Below are positions 12,409 through 24,160 of a DNA stretch of 64,000 nucleotides, in pieces. The translations under genes were made by a program, and so were the position numbers. The notes under the pieces were generated by a model. It made no database searches, was not told the origin of the DNA, and worked only from the letters and a program-made list of their open reading frames with translations. Each line of letters begins with the position of its first letter. Position 1 is the stretch's first letter. The stretch comes from Guillardia theta CCMP2712 (taxonomy: Eukaryota; Protista; Cryptophyta), in the NCBI RefSeq assembly GCF_000315625.1, contig NW_005434661.1, positions 663,548-727,547 of the forward strand. Direction: 5' to 3'.

Positions 12409-13813
12409 ATGTGCTCTCCCATCCTTGATTCCGGGAATCCTACGGGAGTTCTCAATGCTTCAGAGCAACCGGGAATTCCCTCTGGTTGGAACGGGGAAGA
12501 TCCGAAAGGAACGGATTCAAAATTGAAGATACAGACATTGAAGGAATTGAGTGAGTCCGGTGGGCAATACGTCATCGGAGAAGGGGTAGATCTGCTGATC
12601 CAAGATTGAATTGAATCTAATGCAATATTAGGTTGAATTGCAAAAATGGCTCGAGCAAGATGGGCCAACTGAAGTCACACAAACTGATTGGCGTTTGCAC
12701 AAATCCAAGATTGACTCCTCCGTTATATGCAAGCATCATTTCAGGTTTTTAGCCCGAAGTTCTTTTGCTGCTAGCGCCATGACTGTAGTATTTGCTCAGT
12801 ATGGACATCAAGAAAACTGAAAGGCGGCACCGACATATTCCTAGCGACTTGCTTGAAGTGGATTTGTCATTTTGCAAACCGGCAGTCAAAGACCGCAGTG
12901 ATCAAAGGGTCATATACGAATTGCTGTATGTTTGCAGAGGCAACAGGAAGGATGGGAGCAAATGCCAACGGAGTAGGAAGGATTTGAATGTGAGATTGCT
13001 CTTACCCTCAAATAACTGTCGTTGATGTCGATATCAGGGGAAAATTGTTGATGGATGGTGCACTGGATTAGGTCATTGCAGCCCTGGATGTGAGTTTGAA
13101 ACATGCACCTTGGCCTGCAAGGATGTTTGATTTACACCTTCTGTCAGGCTCCTGGGATCGGCGCTCAGCTGTACACTTGTGCGGCATGACGTTGAGGATC
13201 ACTGCAACAGCGCAAATGATCCTCGATGGACAAAGATGTGTTACAATCAAAGGTTGGCACGTGCCTTCTGGATCGAATGAGGTGGCCGTTATCCAATCTT
13301 GGACACAAATTCCAGCAGGTTAGAGGCTGTCAGATAACGATTTTGTATGTAACTTGGGGGGCAGGATCAAAAGATCCTGCGTGGAAAGGCAACTCTGCGT
13401 CAAGGCAGTTGGAAAAGAAGAGAAAGTTAGAACTTGCCAAGAGACCTATTGATCAAGTCATTGGGGTACTTTTTTGTTATTTCTATTCGATGTTTTGACG
13501 CTGTGCCAAGCAGTGTCAGGCTCCTGTGCAGAGTCCCAAGAGGCACAAGAGCAGGCATTCTCATTCAACTACTTTGATGCCTGGGAATCGTCGACAGCTG
13601 GCAGAGAGAGAAGTGATGATGTTGCAAGAAGAAAGCAGGAGACAGCACGAGGCAGAACTAAAGATGCAGAACGAGCTCAGGGCAAAGCTTATCAAGTCCG
13701 GAATTCACGTTGACACGGCTTCGGATGAGGCAGCTCGGGTTCAGGAATCTTCTACCACATCGACAGCATGGCATAGGTCTGCCAATTTGTTTGATCTGGT
13801 TTCTCATGGTTGA
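12409..13813 (+). CDS. Multi-exon protein with Cys/His-rich domain resembling WRKY/GCM1-fold N-terminal DNA-binding regions of Mutator-like elements
   Basis: Spliced reading YELLYVCRG..KCQR..GWCTGLGHCSPGC..HLCGMTLRI..CVTIKGWHVP, then a basic/coiled-coil tail; no transposase core seen. Confidence 0.45.
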
Positions 13814-14769
13814 ATTACCTTCCGCAGTTCTGTTGCGTGCTTGAGAGTTTTGGCATGGTTAGAAAGTGCTGAACAGATGAGCAAGGAGGACGAGAGCAAG
13901 GACTCTTCGAAATTCCCCTCCAGTGTTTGAAGAATTCCCCATCAGACCAGGCTCTGTCGCCGTCTGAATGAGACCCAAAATCCCCGATTTCGTCATCTTG
14001 TGTACCATATTTAATTATTTTAGCTGGTCTATGATCGTTCTGTACTGCTTGTAATACTTAGATTGGAATTTCTTTAGACAAAACTAAAGCAAAATGGTTC
14101 TGGGAAAGGCGGGGGTCGGAGAGGGGTCAAAAAGATGTAATAGGGTCTGAAAGCATCTTCAATTATGTCCACTCATTGCTTTCGCCTGCAACACGCGTCT
14201 GAGAAAACCCAGAAATTCGAGCACACCATGCTACCTGAAGAAAGAGACTTCTAGGAATGGAAAAGTTTGCAAAATCTTGTCCAGGCAGTAATCCCTCCTG
14301 ACATTAAAATCAGTACAGGTTCTGCCATCATCTTCAGCTCCGCGGGACCTCGAATCCCAGGATATCGTGAAGGCATATTCAGGATACAAGAGCATGCCAG
14401 TGGGCCCACCTGAACAGCTCATTCAGATCGATACCACATGAAGCTGCGTTCGAACTTTACCAACTATCAGCAGATTCCGGACAAACGCCCTCCCCCGTCT
14501 TGGCGAAAAAAATGCTTGCGACGCTATCAGTGCAAGCATGCCTACGGTGACCTATCCCAGTCCGCGCATGAGAGCAGGTACATGTAATACTCTCCTCACC
14601 TTCGTTCTGTTCTCTTTCCTCCAGTGCGACAGAGAGAACAAAGACTATGCCAATCAAATTTGTCAAGCAATGTGCAGGCAAGTTACATGATGGCAAATGT
14701 CCCTGGCAGTGACGGGATGACTCGAATAAAGACATTGGTCGTCTGCTCTGTTTGCTCCACTGCTTCCTG

Positions 14770-15230
14770 CCTCCATCTTGCTTGCTCGCTGTCTCGCTCA
14801 CTATCTCGCTCGCTGTCTCCCTCCTTCCCTCCCTCCCTCCCTCTTCGATCCTCTCTCTTCCCTCCCTCCCTCCTCCCTCCTTCTCTCCTCTCCCTCCGTC
14901 CCTCCCTCCCTCCCTCCTTCTCTCCACTCCCTCCGTCCCTCCCTCCCTCCATCCTTCTCTCCACTCCCTCAGTCCCTCCCTCCTCGCTCCTCTCCCTCGC
15001 TCTCTCCCTCTAAGCTACACTCTTCTCTCTCCCTCCCTCCCTCATCGCTCCCTCCCTCTTCGCTCTCTTCTCCCTCCCTCCCTATTCGCTCCCTCCCTCT
15101 TCGCTCTCTTCTCCCTCCCTCCCTCTTCGCTCCCTCCCTCTTCTCCCTCCCTCTTCGCTCCCTCTCTCTTCTCCCTCCCTCTTCGCTCTCTCCTCGCTCT
15201 CCCTCGCTCTCTCCCTCGCTCTCTCCTCTC
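14770..15230. repeat. CT-rich (ccct/ctct/ctcg) simple-sequence array
   Basis: Nearly pure pyrimidine tract with repeated ctccctccct and cttcgctc units. Confidence 0.9.
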
Positions 15231-15304
15231 ACCTGCGCGGATCCTTCAGCCTGCTCTCCGGCCATCACCAGACACTTGCCAGCCCCTCATCCCACCTTAA
15301 CATC

Positions 15305-15327
15305 TTTACTCAAAGTTAAGTTAAAAT
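15305..15327. repeat. 23-bp inverted repeat, right copy (pairs with 5167-5189)
   Basis: tttactcaaagttaagttaaaat, exact reverse complement of 5167-5189. Confidence 0.9.
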
Positions 15328-15463
15328 CAGGATCTTGGTGACTACAATGTCGGGAAGCTCAGCAGTATAGAATTCGTCCATCGCCCTTTCAACATGGCGA
15401 ATGGTGAGAAAGCACTTGGCAGTAGGACTTCTGTCATTGGAATCTTCAAGAGATTCATGCTCT

Positions 15464-16260
15464 TCACTCAAGAATGCTTCGGATGACATCACGTCTATCC
15501 TCTAATGGCATTGACTGGAAGTTTTCGTACATTGTATGTGCGAGGAGAGCGAATGCTGTGTTGATATTGCGGTTCTGGTCTTGGCTAATAAGTTCAGGCC
15601 TTACATGCATGGTAACCTGCATGGTGGCATGTCAGCACTCTGGTGCATTCCAGCTCGCTGGTTACCTTGAGCGATAATCGTGTATTTGCTCTTGTAGCTC
15701 ACCAACAGTGTCATAGTGCGAGGTGCCCCAATGTCTGATTTTCTTACACAATGACTTGTGCTTTTGCCGATGATTCGTTACTTGACTTCGAAGCTTTTGC
15801 GCGTCGGTAGTATGTGCAGCTGGAATTCATCATGATGCATTTTAGCATCTGCTCCATGTTGAAACGAGGCGAAGTAATGAAGGAAACCATTGTCGAAGCC
15901 CTCTGCATTCTGTCCAAAGAGGTCACCTAGGAGCGTAAACTTTGCTTGTTTATGAAGTGTTGATGGTATGCTGGCTCAGCTTGAGATAAATAGACGCTAC
16001 TTGTAGCAAGCTATTCATCCGCGTCGCTTATCTTCAAAGTTGCGTGCCTGATGTGTCTGCAGAAAACGTAAACATTTCAGCACCAATGCGTCAGTGAACA
16101 CTGCATAATCCTCCACAGTTTTCAAGTCGATGTCTTTGAAAGCCCATCGACAACGTGAACAAGCTTTGGTGCAGATTTGAGGGATCGTCCGAATGCTGTT
16201 CGTACTGTATCTCGTCTTACAAATTGGGCATTTCCTCTCTGTTCGCTGTCGTCTTGCTCA
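15464..16260 (-). pseudogene. Fragmentary multi-exon hypothetical gene with CxxC..CxxC motif
   Basis: Exon-like stretches RKCPICKTRY..ICTKACSRCRW, GDLFGQNAEGFDNGFLHYF.., VTMHVRPELIS..RSILE*; a stop-free spliced model could not be built. Confidence 0.3.
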
Positions 16261-17137
16261 TGTTAAGGATGCAGAGCAGATTGCCCGCCAAAATTCGGAT
16301 TTGAATGTCTCCCCATGGCGCGTCATAACTCTTGCATCGTTGCCTCATACTCCCTGCATGACCATCGACCGCGATGTGAGGGGTATCAACTGAAATGCAC
16401 AGCGGCAGGTCACCGGAATGCTGCTGGAGTACTGAATGGGGTTGGCTGACTCCCTGTGAGTCGGAGCGATGCAGGGTGGCGGGCAGTTCCAAGTTCAGCG
16501 CGGCAATGCAGCCCGTAGGCCCCCGGCTCAGCGGGCGGCAAGACTGACCGTCTGCTCGCGCTACGGGTGCTAGAGAGAGGGATATATACAAACTTAGTGA
16601 ATTGAAAGTACTACCGGGATCGGCGCGGGCACTGACCAGGAGGTGCTATGACTGACTTTCATCCCCCTCGCATCATCTGAGTCGTCCTGATGACTGAAAG
16701 GATCGCCGGCGGTGCTAAAGTCATCCCGGACTGCCAGCGCCTTCCGAACATGGCTGACAGGCATCGGAACTAGGGGGAGGAACCCAACTAGAAAAGGCGT
16801 TCCACCCTCCTTCGTCAAGCCGAGCTCAGTCAGGGCCTTCCAGGGACGCGCATGAGTATCCGGGATCCAGGATCGAAGAGTGCAAGACAAGGAACAAAAG
16901 CGTCTGCTTGACCTCAAGCTCCTTTCTTTCTCTGATTCACTATAAATAATTGGCATCGCAGGATTCCAGAAGTGCTCAATCAAGGGCCCGATTCTGGTCC
17001 CAGCTGCAAGGCCCAGCCGATCTACAAACGCCTGACATAATCGCACAGCCTATCGCCGGGCAAGACATCAAACTTCGTTCACTCCTCAAGCCTGCATCAC
17101 GTCAAAGCCAGACCGCCTGTCAACGCATGCCAGATAA

Positions 17138-18910
17138 TCAGTAGTTGTAGTGCTTGCAAATGTTCTCCCCATATGAGGCCTCCCCCGCACGCCATGCATC
17201 CTGATCGCTGCTGCCCGTGCTCGCATATGCTGCCTCCCCCGCACGCCATGCATCCTGATCGCTGCCGCCCGTGCTCGCATATGCTCCCCTCCCCGCACGC
17301 CATGCATCCTGATCGCTGCTGCCCGTGCTCGCATACGGCTGGCCTCCCCCGCATTCCTTGCATCCTGATCGCTCCTTGCATCCTGATCGCTGCCGCCCGT
17401 GCTCGCATATGCTCCCTCCCCCGCACGCCATGCATCCTGATCGCTGCCGCCCGTGCTCGCATATGCTGCCCCCCCCGCATTCCTTGCATCCTGATCGCTG
17501 CTGCCCGTGCTCGCATATGCTGCCTCCCCCGCATGCCTTGCATTGTGATCGCTGCTGCCCGTGCTCGCATACGCTGCCCCCCCCGCACGCCATGCATCCT
17601 GATCGCTGCCGCCCGTGCTCGCATACGCTGCCTCCCCCGCATTCCTTGCAACGTGATCGTCTTCTCCCGTGCTCGCATATGCTTCCTCCCCCGCATCTCT
17701 TGCATTCTGATCGCTGCTGCCCGTGATCGCACAGGCTCCCTCCCCCACATTCCTTGCAACGTGATCGCTGCTGCCCGTGCTCGCATATGCTGCCTCCCCC
17801 GCACGCCTTGCATCGTGATCGCAGCCGCCCGTGCTCGCATATGCTGCCTCCCCCGCACGCCATGCATCCTGATCGCTGCCGCCCGTGCTCGCATACGCTG
17901 CCTCCCCCGCACGCCATGCATCCTGATCGCTGCTGCCCGTGCTCGCATACGCTGCCTCCCCCGCATGCCATGCATTGTGATCGCTGCCGCCTGTGCTTGC
18001 ACATGCTGCCTCCCCTGCATTCCTTGCATCCTGATCGCCTTCTCCCGTGGTCGCATATGCTGCCCCCCCCACATTCCTTGCATCCTGATCGTATTCTCCC
18101 GTGCTCGCATATGCTGCCTCCCCCGCATGCCTTGCATTGTGATCGCTGCCGCCCGTGCTCGCATATGCTGCCTCCCCCGCATGCCTTGCATTGTGATCGG
18201 CTTCTCCCGTGCTCGCATATGCTGCTCCGCCCACACGCCATGCATCCTGATCGCTGCTGCCCGTGCTCGCATATGCTGCCTCCCCCGCACGCCATGCATC
18301 CTGATCGCTGCCGCCCGTGCTCACATATGCTGCCTTGCCTGCATTCCTTGCATCCTGATCGCTGCCGCCCGTGCTCGCATATGCTGCCTCCCCCGCATTC
18401 CTTGCATTGTGATCGCCTTCTCCCGTGCTCGCATATGCTGCCTCCCCCGCACGCCATACAATCTGATCGCCTTCTCCCGTGCTCGCATATGCTGCCTCCC
18501 CCGCATGCCATGCATTGTGATCGCCTTCTCCCGTGATCGCATATGCTGCCTCCCCCGCATTCCTTGCATCGTGATCGCCTTCTCCCGTGCTCGCATATGC
18601 TGCCCCCCCCGCATTTTTTGCATTGTGATCGTCTTCTCCCGTGCTCGCATATGCTGCTTCCCCCGCATGCCTTGCAACGTGATCGTCTTCTCCCGTGCTC
18701 GCATATGCTGCCTCCCCCGCATTCCTTGCATCCTGATCGCCTTCTCCCGTGCTCGCATATGCTGCCCCCCCCACATTCTTTGCATTGTGATCGGCTTCTC
18801 CCGTGCTCACACACTCCCTTTTTTCCTTTTGTCTCTCTTTTCGTCTCCTCTCCTTGTCTATCGTCTGCCCTTCCTCCCTCTCGCCCTCTCTCATCTTCCT
18901 CTGAGCCCAT
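17138..18910 (-). CDS. Zinc-binding tandem-repeat protein (18-aa CxxCGGGSICEHGRxRS units, ~30 copies), frameshifted near C-terminus
   Basis: ORF 17138..19075 holds 27 in-frame CEHG units; ~3 more continue in another frame after indels near 17340; 54-bp DNA unit. Confidence 0.85.
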   Translation of the reverse strand: MGSEEDERGREGGRADDRQGEETKRETKGKKGVCEHGRSRSQCKECGGGSICEHGRRRSGCKECGGGSICEHGRRRSRCKACGGSSICEHGRRRSQCKKCGGGSICEHGRRRSRCKECGGGSICDHGRRRSQCMACGGGSICEHGRRRSDCMACGGGSICEHGRRRSQCKECGGGSICEHGRQRSGCKECRQGSICEHGRQRSGCMACGGGSICEHGQQRSGCMACGRSSICEHGRSRSQCKACGGGSICEHGRQRSQCKACGGGSICEHGRIRSGCKECGGGSICDHGRRRSGCKECRGGSMCKHRRQRSQCMACGGGSVCEHGQQRSGCMACGGGSVCEHGRQRSGCMACGGGSICEHGRLRSRCKACGGGSICEHGQQRSRCKECGGGSLCDHGQQRSECKRCGGGSICEHGRRRSRCKECGGGSVCEHGRQRSGCMACGGGSVCEHGQQRSQCKACGGGSICEHGQQRSGCKECGGGSICEHGRQRSGCMACGGGSICEHGRQRSGCKERSGCKECGGGQPYASTGSSDQDAWRAGRGAYASTGGSDQDAWRAGEAAYASTGSSDQDAWRAGEASYGENICKHYNY

Positions 18911-18999
18911 GTTCCTTCTTCTCTTGCGCGCCTGATCGCTGTATCCTACTGTGGCTGACATGGCGGACATGGTTCTCCGCGGTCCTGTACAACTCACCC

Positions 19000-19170
19000 C
19001 CCTGATGACCATTGGGGGTGGGGTACTGAGCAGGGTACTGGGTCGGACACTATGTGAGGATGGGTAGTCAGGCACAAAAAGGATGGGTGGGGACCTTGTG
19101 AAAATTCAAAAAGAGAGTCCACGGGGTGGGTACTTGTTGCAGTGAGTCGAGTATGGGGGGGTAGGGGTAT
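19000..19170. promoter_or_regulatory. Putative bidirectional promoter with GGGTGGGGTAC-type motifs
   Basis: Cluster of ggggtggggtac/gggtac/gggtag words between two divergent genes; the same words recur upstream of other genes. Confidence 0.4.
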
Positions 19171-19209
19171 TCAATCAAAGGGCTGATCATTCCCGCCATT
19201 GCGCTCGTC

Positions 19210-22200
19210 ATGACTGGGGCAGCGCCGAGCGCAGAAGATGTCGAAGATTATGAGGACGAGTTTGAGGAGGAAGAGGAGGAGAATAAGAACGCAATGAATA
19301 AGGAGAAGGAGAAGGAGAAGGAGAAGGAGAAGGAGAAGGAGAAGGAGAAGAAAGAGGTCAAGAAGGATGATGGTAAGTCTTACAAAATCCAGCTGTATGA
19401 AGGACAAGATCTCAAGGCCACAGTATCTGTTACTTCAGAAACGAAATGGAAGTCTTTATCAAGGACGCCAACGACCAGACGCGTGTGGTGTATTTCGAAT
19501 ATGATGACAAGTATGGGGGAGACAAGGAACAAACGTTTGTTTGCCAGAAGCAAGAGGACTGGGAGGATGTTTTGGCGATGCTGGATGAAGATCAGGAGTA
19601 TCTCAAGGGAGAACTGCCGGTCAGGCTGAAGAAGGACTTTTGCTTCAGCCTGTTTGAGGGGGAAAAGCTCCTCAAGGAGGTGTTCGTCCCAGAGAAGTGC
19701 AAGTGGGAGGACTTTCTCAAGATAGCGAAAGATTCCCTCAAGTTTGCGATTGATGGTTTCATCTATGACATCGAGACAGGGAAAGACCCAGAATATGACA
19801 TAGATTGCAAGACCAAGGATGAATGGCTGGATGTCATAGATATGATGAATGATGATTTCCACGAGCTGTACGGATGTTTAGAGGTCGACATTTTGAGGGC
19901 GAAGGCGGGTGCAGAGCAGCACGGTGAGAAGGATGCAAAGAAGGATGCGCAACCCAAGGTCGTGGAGGTTGAAAGCTCAGTCATCCCTGCGGAGGAAACG
20001 AACAGGACTTTGCATGATCTGGTAGGGCAGGCCGCTGCCAAGCTTCCCGCTGCTCGAGACCAAATCCTGACAGACTGTCTCACACACGAAGACGTCAAAA
20101 CAGGAGTTATACCTGCTCTGAAGCTCAACCAGATCTTGCAATCGAATCTTGGGTGTTCCGAAACAGTAGCACAAGAGATTCTGCAAAAATTTCCAAGGTG
20201 TATACATGGGCCTCGGCATGAAAACGTTGATTTCAGAATGTGGGCTCGGAATGCTCGTATCTTTACAGATCATGACAAGGACGTCTTCAAACAGCTACAT
20301 GACAAGAACATGCAGAGAGCAAGATTTTCGCTCCTGCAGAATATGAAGCGTACGAGAGAAATTCTGAAAGAGGATGAACAGGCTTCGCTATCACAACTCG
20401 AAAACTCTTTGAGGCAGCATGGCGGCGACATTGTGAGCTCTGAATTGGTCCGGCCGTTGATCGAGTCCTTCAGCTCACTGCAGAAGATACAAGGTTCTAA
20501 GTTCAGGGAATGCATCACCGGCCTGAAGATCACTGACTGCCACCGACTGGTCATGGAAAGCGTTGACTATCACATGATGCTACACTTTTCGGAATCTGCG
20601 AACACACTCATTGAGGAAAGCAAGAAGTTGGATGAGGATGCTGTCATCTCTGTCGACAAGTTCTGCGAGTTGTTTGGTAATGTACCCCAAGACTATCTTT
20701 CCATCATCTTTGGTCTGGAGCAGAAACCGAAGAGTGCAAAGATGCCTTGCTCTGTCCTGTTCCCGTACATTGCAAAAACACTCTCTGCGGTAACAGATGA
20801 AGGTCAAGTCAACGCCAAGAAAGTAGCGCAAGATCTGGTCATTCTGCACGCTTCAGAGATCGATGCGATACAAAGATGCAGCTCTCTGAAGCTGCAGAAG
20901 GCCAGACGTAGAATTCTGGTCAACCGGGACGAGATCAAAAAGAAGGTTACCTCCAAAGATGACGAGGACCAGTTTTTCGATATTCTGACCGAACAGGATG
21001 CAAAATGGCGCCTAGAAGATGATGAGGCAGACTTGTTGATAGGGGATACACTCAAGTTGGATCAGGATGGCAACAAAACACGCGATGTCTTAGAATATAT
21101 GGAGGGCCTTACGTTTAAAGACTTATGGTCAAAGGATCTCAAACCCTCCTTGATCGAAGTCTTGAATAATTTCGATGAGATCGAAGGCAAGATCATTTCT
21201 GCGAACGGCACCAACTACTACATGGAAATCGGCTCGCTGGAAGACATTTTATCAGAGGCTGGCTTCAACGAAGCGGCCATTGATGACTTGGTTGAAGCTG
21301 TAAATGCCTCCGGGTTCGCCAAGTATTTTCCATGGAGAACATTTCTCTACCTCAAGTTTCAAGTGCTAAAGCCATCGGAACTTGAGATATACTCGTCGTC
21401 GTCTGATGCTGACTCCCAGAAAGGAAGGAGAACCTTGCTAGCGCACCTTGCGCAATTACACCTGAGTATGATGCAGGCAGGTTCGACGGAGAGCGCGAAG
21501 GTCGAGGAAGTCAAGAAGTACCTGACTGGTCATCTGAGCTTATCTAAAGAGCAAACAGCAGATATCATTCGTGGCTGGACTCTGAATCATGTTAAGGGAG
21601 ATATCATCAGGCTTGGCACGTTGGCTGAGTGGCGAATCTGCTCATTATCGACTGTTTGCAACGATTCAGCAATGCAGGATTTTGTGAAGCACAGGATTGA
21701 AATGCGAAAACTTCTCGATGACGAGCCTTCCTCCGATAAGATCTTCTCCTCCGTCCCTGTCAAAAATGTTGCCAAAGAACTCTACCAGCTCGGGATGGAT
21801 CCAAGGATGGTGGAAAACCTCCTTGCTAGGATGGAGACTACCGATGACGGGTCAGCGGTCTTCTTGAATCAGTCGGCCTTGCGGTTCGGAGTACTCACTG
21901 ATAGAGAGGAAGCGTCGCTGCGTGCAGTCTTGGACGATCGTCTGCAGCTGGCTTGCAGGACTCTAATGAGAGTCTCGCCCAAGGGAATCAAAGTTACCGC
22001 GGATGAGGCGTCGACTTTCGCTGAGAGGGTCAGCTCCGCCCTGCACGAGGACGAGGCTGTCAGGAGCGGGGCGGTCAAGAGAGAGTCTCTGGACGAGGGT
22101 GTAGCCCTGCTGGTGTTGTCGTACCTCAAATCTGCCGACCAACCTTTAGATTCGCTTTCTTCAGACGCCCTGCTCTCCTCCTTGCGCAACGACATGATCG

Positions 22201-23390
22201 CAGTTGATGCCGCTGACTTCAGTGAGGTCGGCATCTCGTCCAGACCCTCGGCGAAGCCTCAGGGTCAGCCGGGTGGATCCGACGAGAACTACATGCTCAA
22301 CCTCAGTGAAGCGCAGAGGATATTCCACGAGAAGATCCTGAGGCCGAGGACTCCCAGCATGCAGGACCTGATTGAGATCATGAGAGGGATGCCGGCGAGC
22401 GTGGGCCCGTCCCCTCTGAGAGAGGAGGTGAGGATTGGAAACAACTTGCCGTCCGCTGCTCTCAACATGGCGATGTCCGCCTCGAACGAGGGCACGAGAG
22501 GGAGCGTGTCGCTTCTGTCAGTTCAGATCATGAATGCCGACGGAGTCCCCAATGTCTCGGCAAACAAGTTTCGCATCCTAGGCCGTCGTGCTCGCGTCTG
22601 CCTCGTCGACGTGGCTCAGCGAAAGTTTGTCGGCGGGTCCCACATTGTTCCGATCTCTAACAAGCGAGACAAGGGCGGGATCAAATGGGAGTTCTCCAAG
22701 AAGGAGGAAACAAACCCCTTCGTGCTCCGAGCGCCGTTGAACGCAGGGTAGGTGAACATGTGCGTGCATGTCTCTGACAAGCTCTTGTTGTAGCTTGCAG
22801 CTCTATGTGGAGTTGTCGTCGGTGTGCAAGAAGGTCGGGTCAACAAGAGAAGGGCAGGATGCCCTGCACAAGGGAGAGATCAAGGAGCTTTCCCTTGGCT
22901 TTGCGTGTCTGGAGCTGAACCAAGAGGTCCTTAAGCTCAAAGGAAAAGTTCACCTCAAACTCTTCGGAGGGACTCCGTGGGGATCCAAGGTGAGGAGGGA
23001 GCCTGGTAGCTTCGTTGGATGACACGCTGGATGGCAGGAAGTGACGGCAGCGGAGAAGAAAGGGTTCTTCTCCCGTTTCAGGAAGGCGAAGGCGGAGATC
23101 GTTCTTAGCGTCTCCAGCTTGAAGGGAGCATTCAAGGCTCTTCCTAACTTGTTGGTCTCCCCCACCGCCAGCCTCGAGGCCCTCGAGCAGTTCAGCCTGC
23201 TGACCCTGGAGAGCAACAAGGCCTCTCAAGGCGCAAGCAAGGTGTTGAAATGTGACGTGGCGTCGGCTACGGTAGATGTCAACGCTCTCCCCTCCCCGTC
23301 TCATCATGGCCTGCCTGCAGTTCCCCGCCATCATGGACACGCCAGACCTCATGTTCCAGTTCGTGCGGAAGTGGAAGGTGAGGACGGAGG

Positions 23391-23475
<85 letters not shown>

Positions 23476-23898
23476 GTGCTGCTCCTGAACCCCTCGCGCA
23501 GAACCAGAAGCAGAAGACCAACCAGCAGTTTGTCGACTGCGTGAAGCAGGTGGGGCCATTACGATCGAGCTTGCATCCCGCTCACCTGCGTGTCAGTTCT
23601 ATCCTCTGGTTCACCTCTCCACCCGGCAGCTGCCCAAGTGGCTGGACATCGGACACGTCGGGAGCTTTTCTTTCCTCCTGCCTTCACTCACTTCCTCCCT
23701 TTAGGACGAGAGCGAAGAGAGGAGAAAGGCAACTATCGACAAGTATCTCACATACACGGTAGCGACGCCTCTCTCTGTGTGGATCGGAATGGTAAATCTC
23801 TCAACCCGCAGGAAGGAAAGAAGAACAAGACGGTGGTTGATGCGCTGGTATCCGAGTTCAGCGGAGAGCCTTTCAATATCAGCGAGCTGCTAGCATGA
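19210..23898 (+). CDS. NPHP1: Nephrocystin-1-like ciliary transition-zone protein (NPHP1 C-terminal domain) with ~1000-aa N-terminal extension
   Basis: C-terminal motifs RRARVCLVD, LYVELS, ELSLGFA, LFGGTPW, FPAIMDTPDLM, EPFNISEL parallel recalled NPHP1 motifs (RHVRLCLFD, ELSCGW, GGTPY, FPMLLEQPDVM, EPFDLSE); apparent 1-bp frameshift at ~19447. Confidence 0.75.
23393..23474. repeat. (GGCA)n intronic microsatellite
   Basis: ~20 perfect ggca units inside an intron of the NPHP1-like gene. Confidence 0.95.
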
Positions 23899-24160
23899 TA
23901 CTATCACCCTCAAAGTTAGAACACATGTTATTTCGTAATCCATGTAAAGTTAATCATCCCTTACTCGCGCCTCCTCGCCTCGCCTCACCACTTGATTCCC
24001 ATCCCGAACAGCAACGAGAAGAGCAGGCTGGCAGTCCCGAGCACGCCAGCAGGCATCGCCTTCCTCGTCTTGTAGAATCGGATCCCGAAGACAAGGCAGA
24101 GGGCCGAGGAGGTCGCAAGCGCCAGCTTCATGTTGTCTTGCTGCCAATCATCTCATCACT

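Noticed and set aside
14457-15341. Pro/Ser/Leu- and Arg/Glu/Gly-rich ORFs (similar ones at 54713-59911 and 61597-62306)
   Set aside because: Simple-repeat translations, mostly intronic or intergenic
17086-19005. Overlapping 400-610 aa ORFs in other frames and on the + strand
   Set aside because: By-products of a stop-poor 54-bp repeat; only the CEHG frame gives a coherent metal-binding motif
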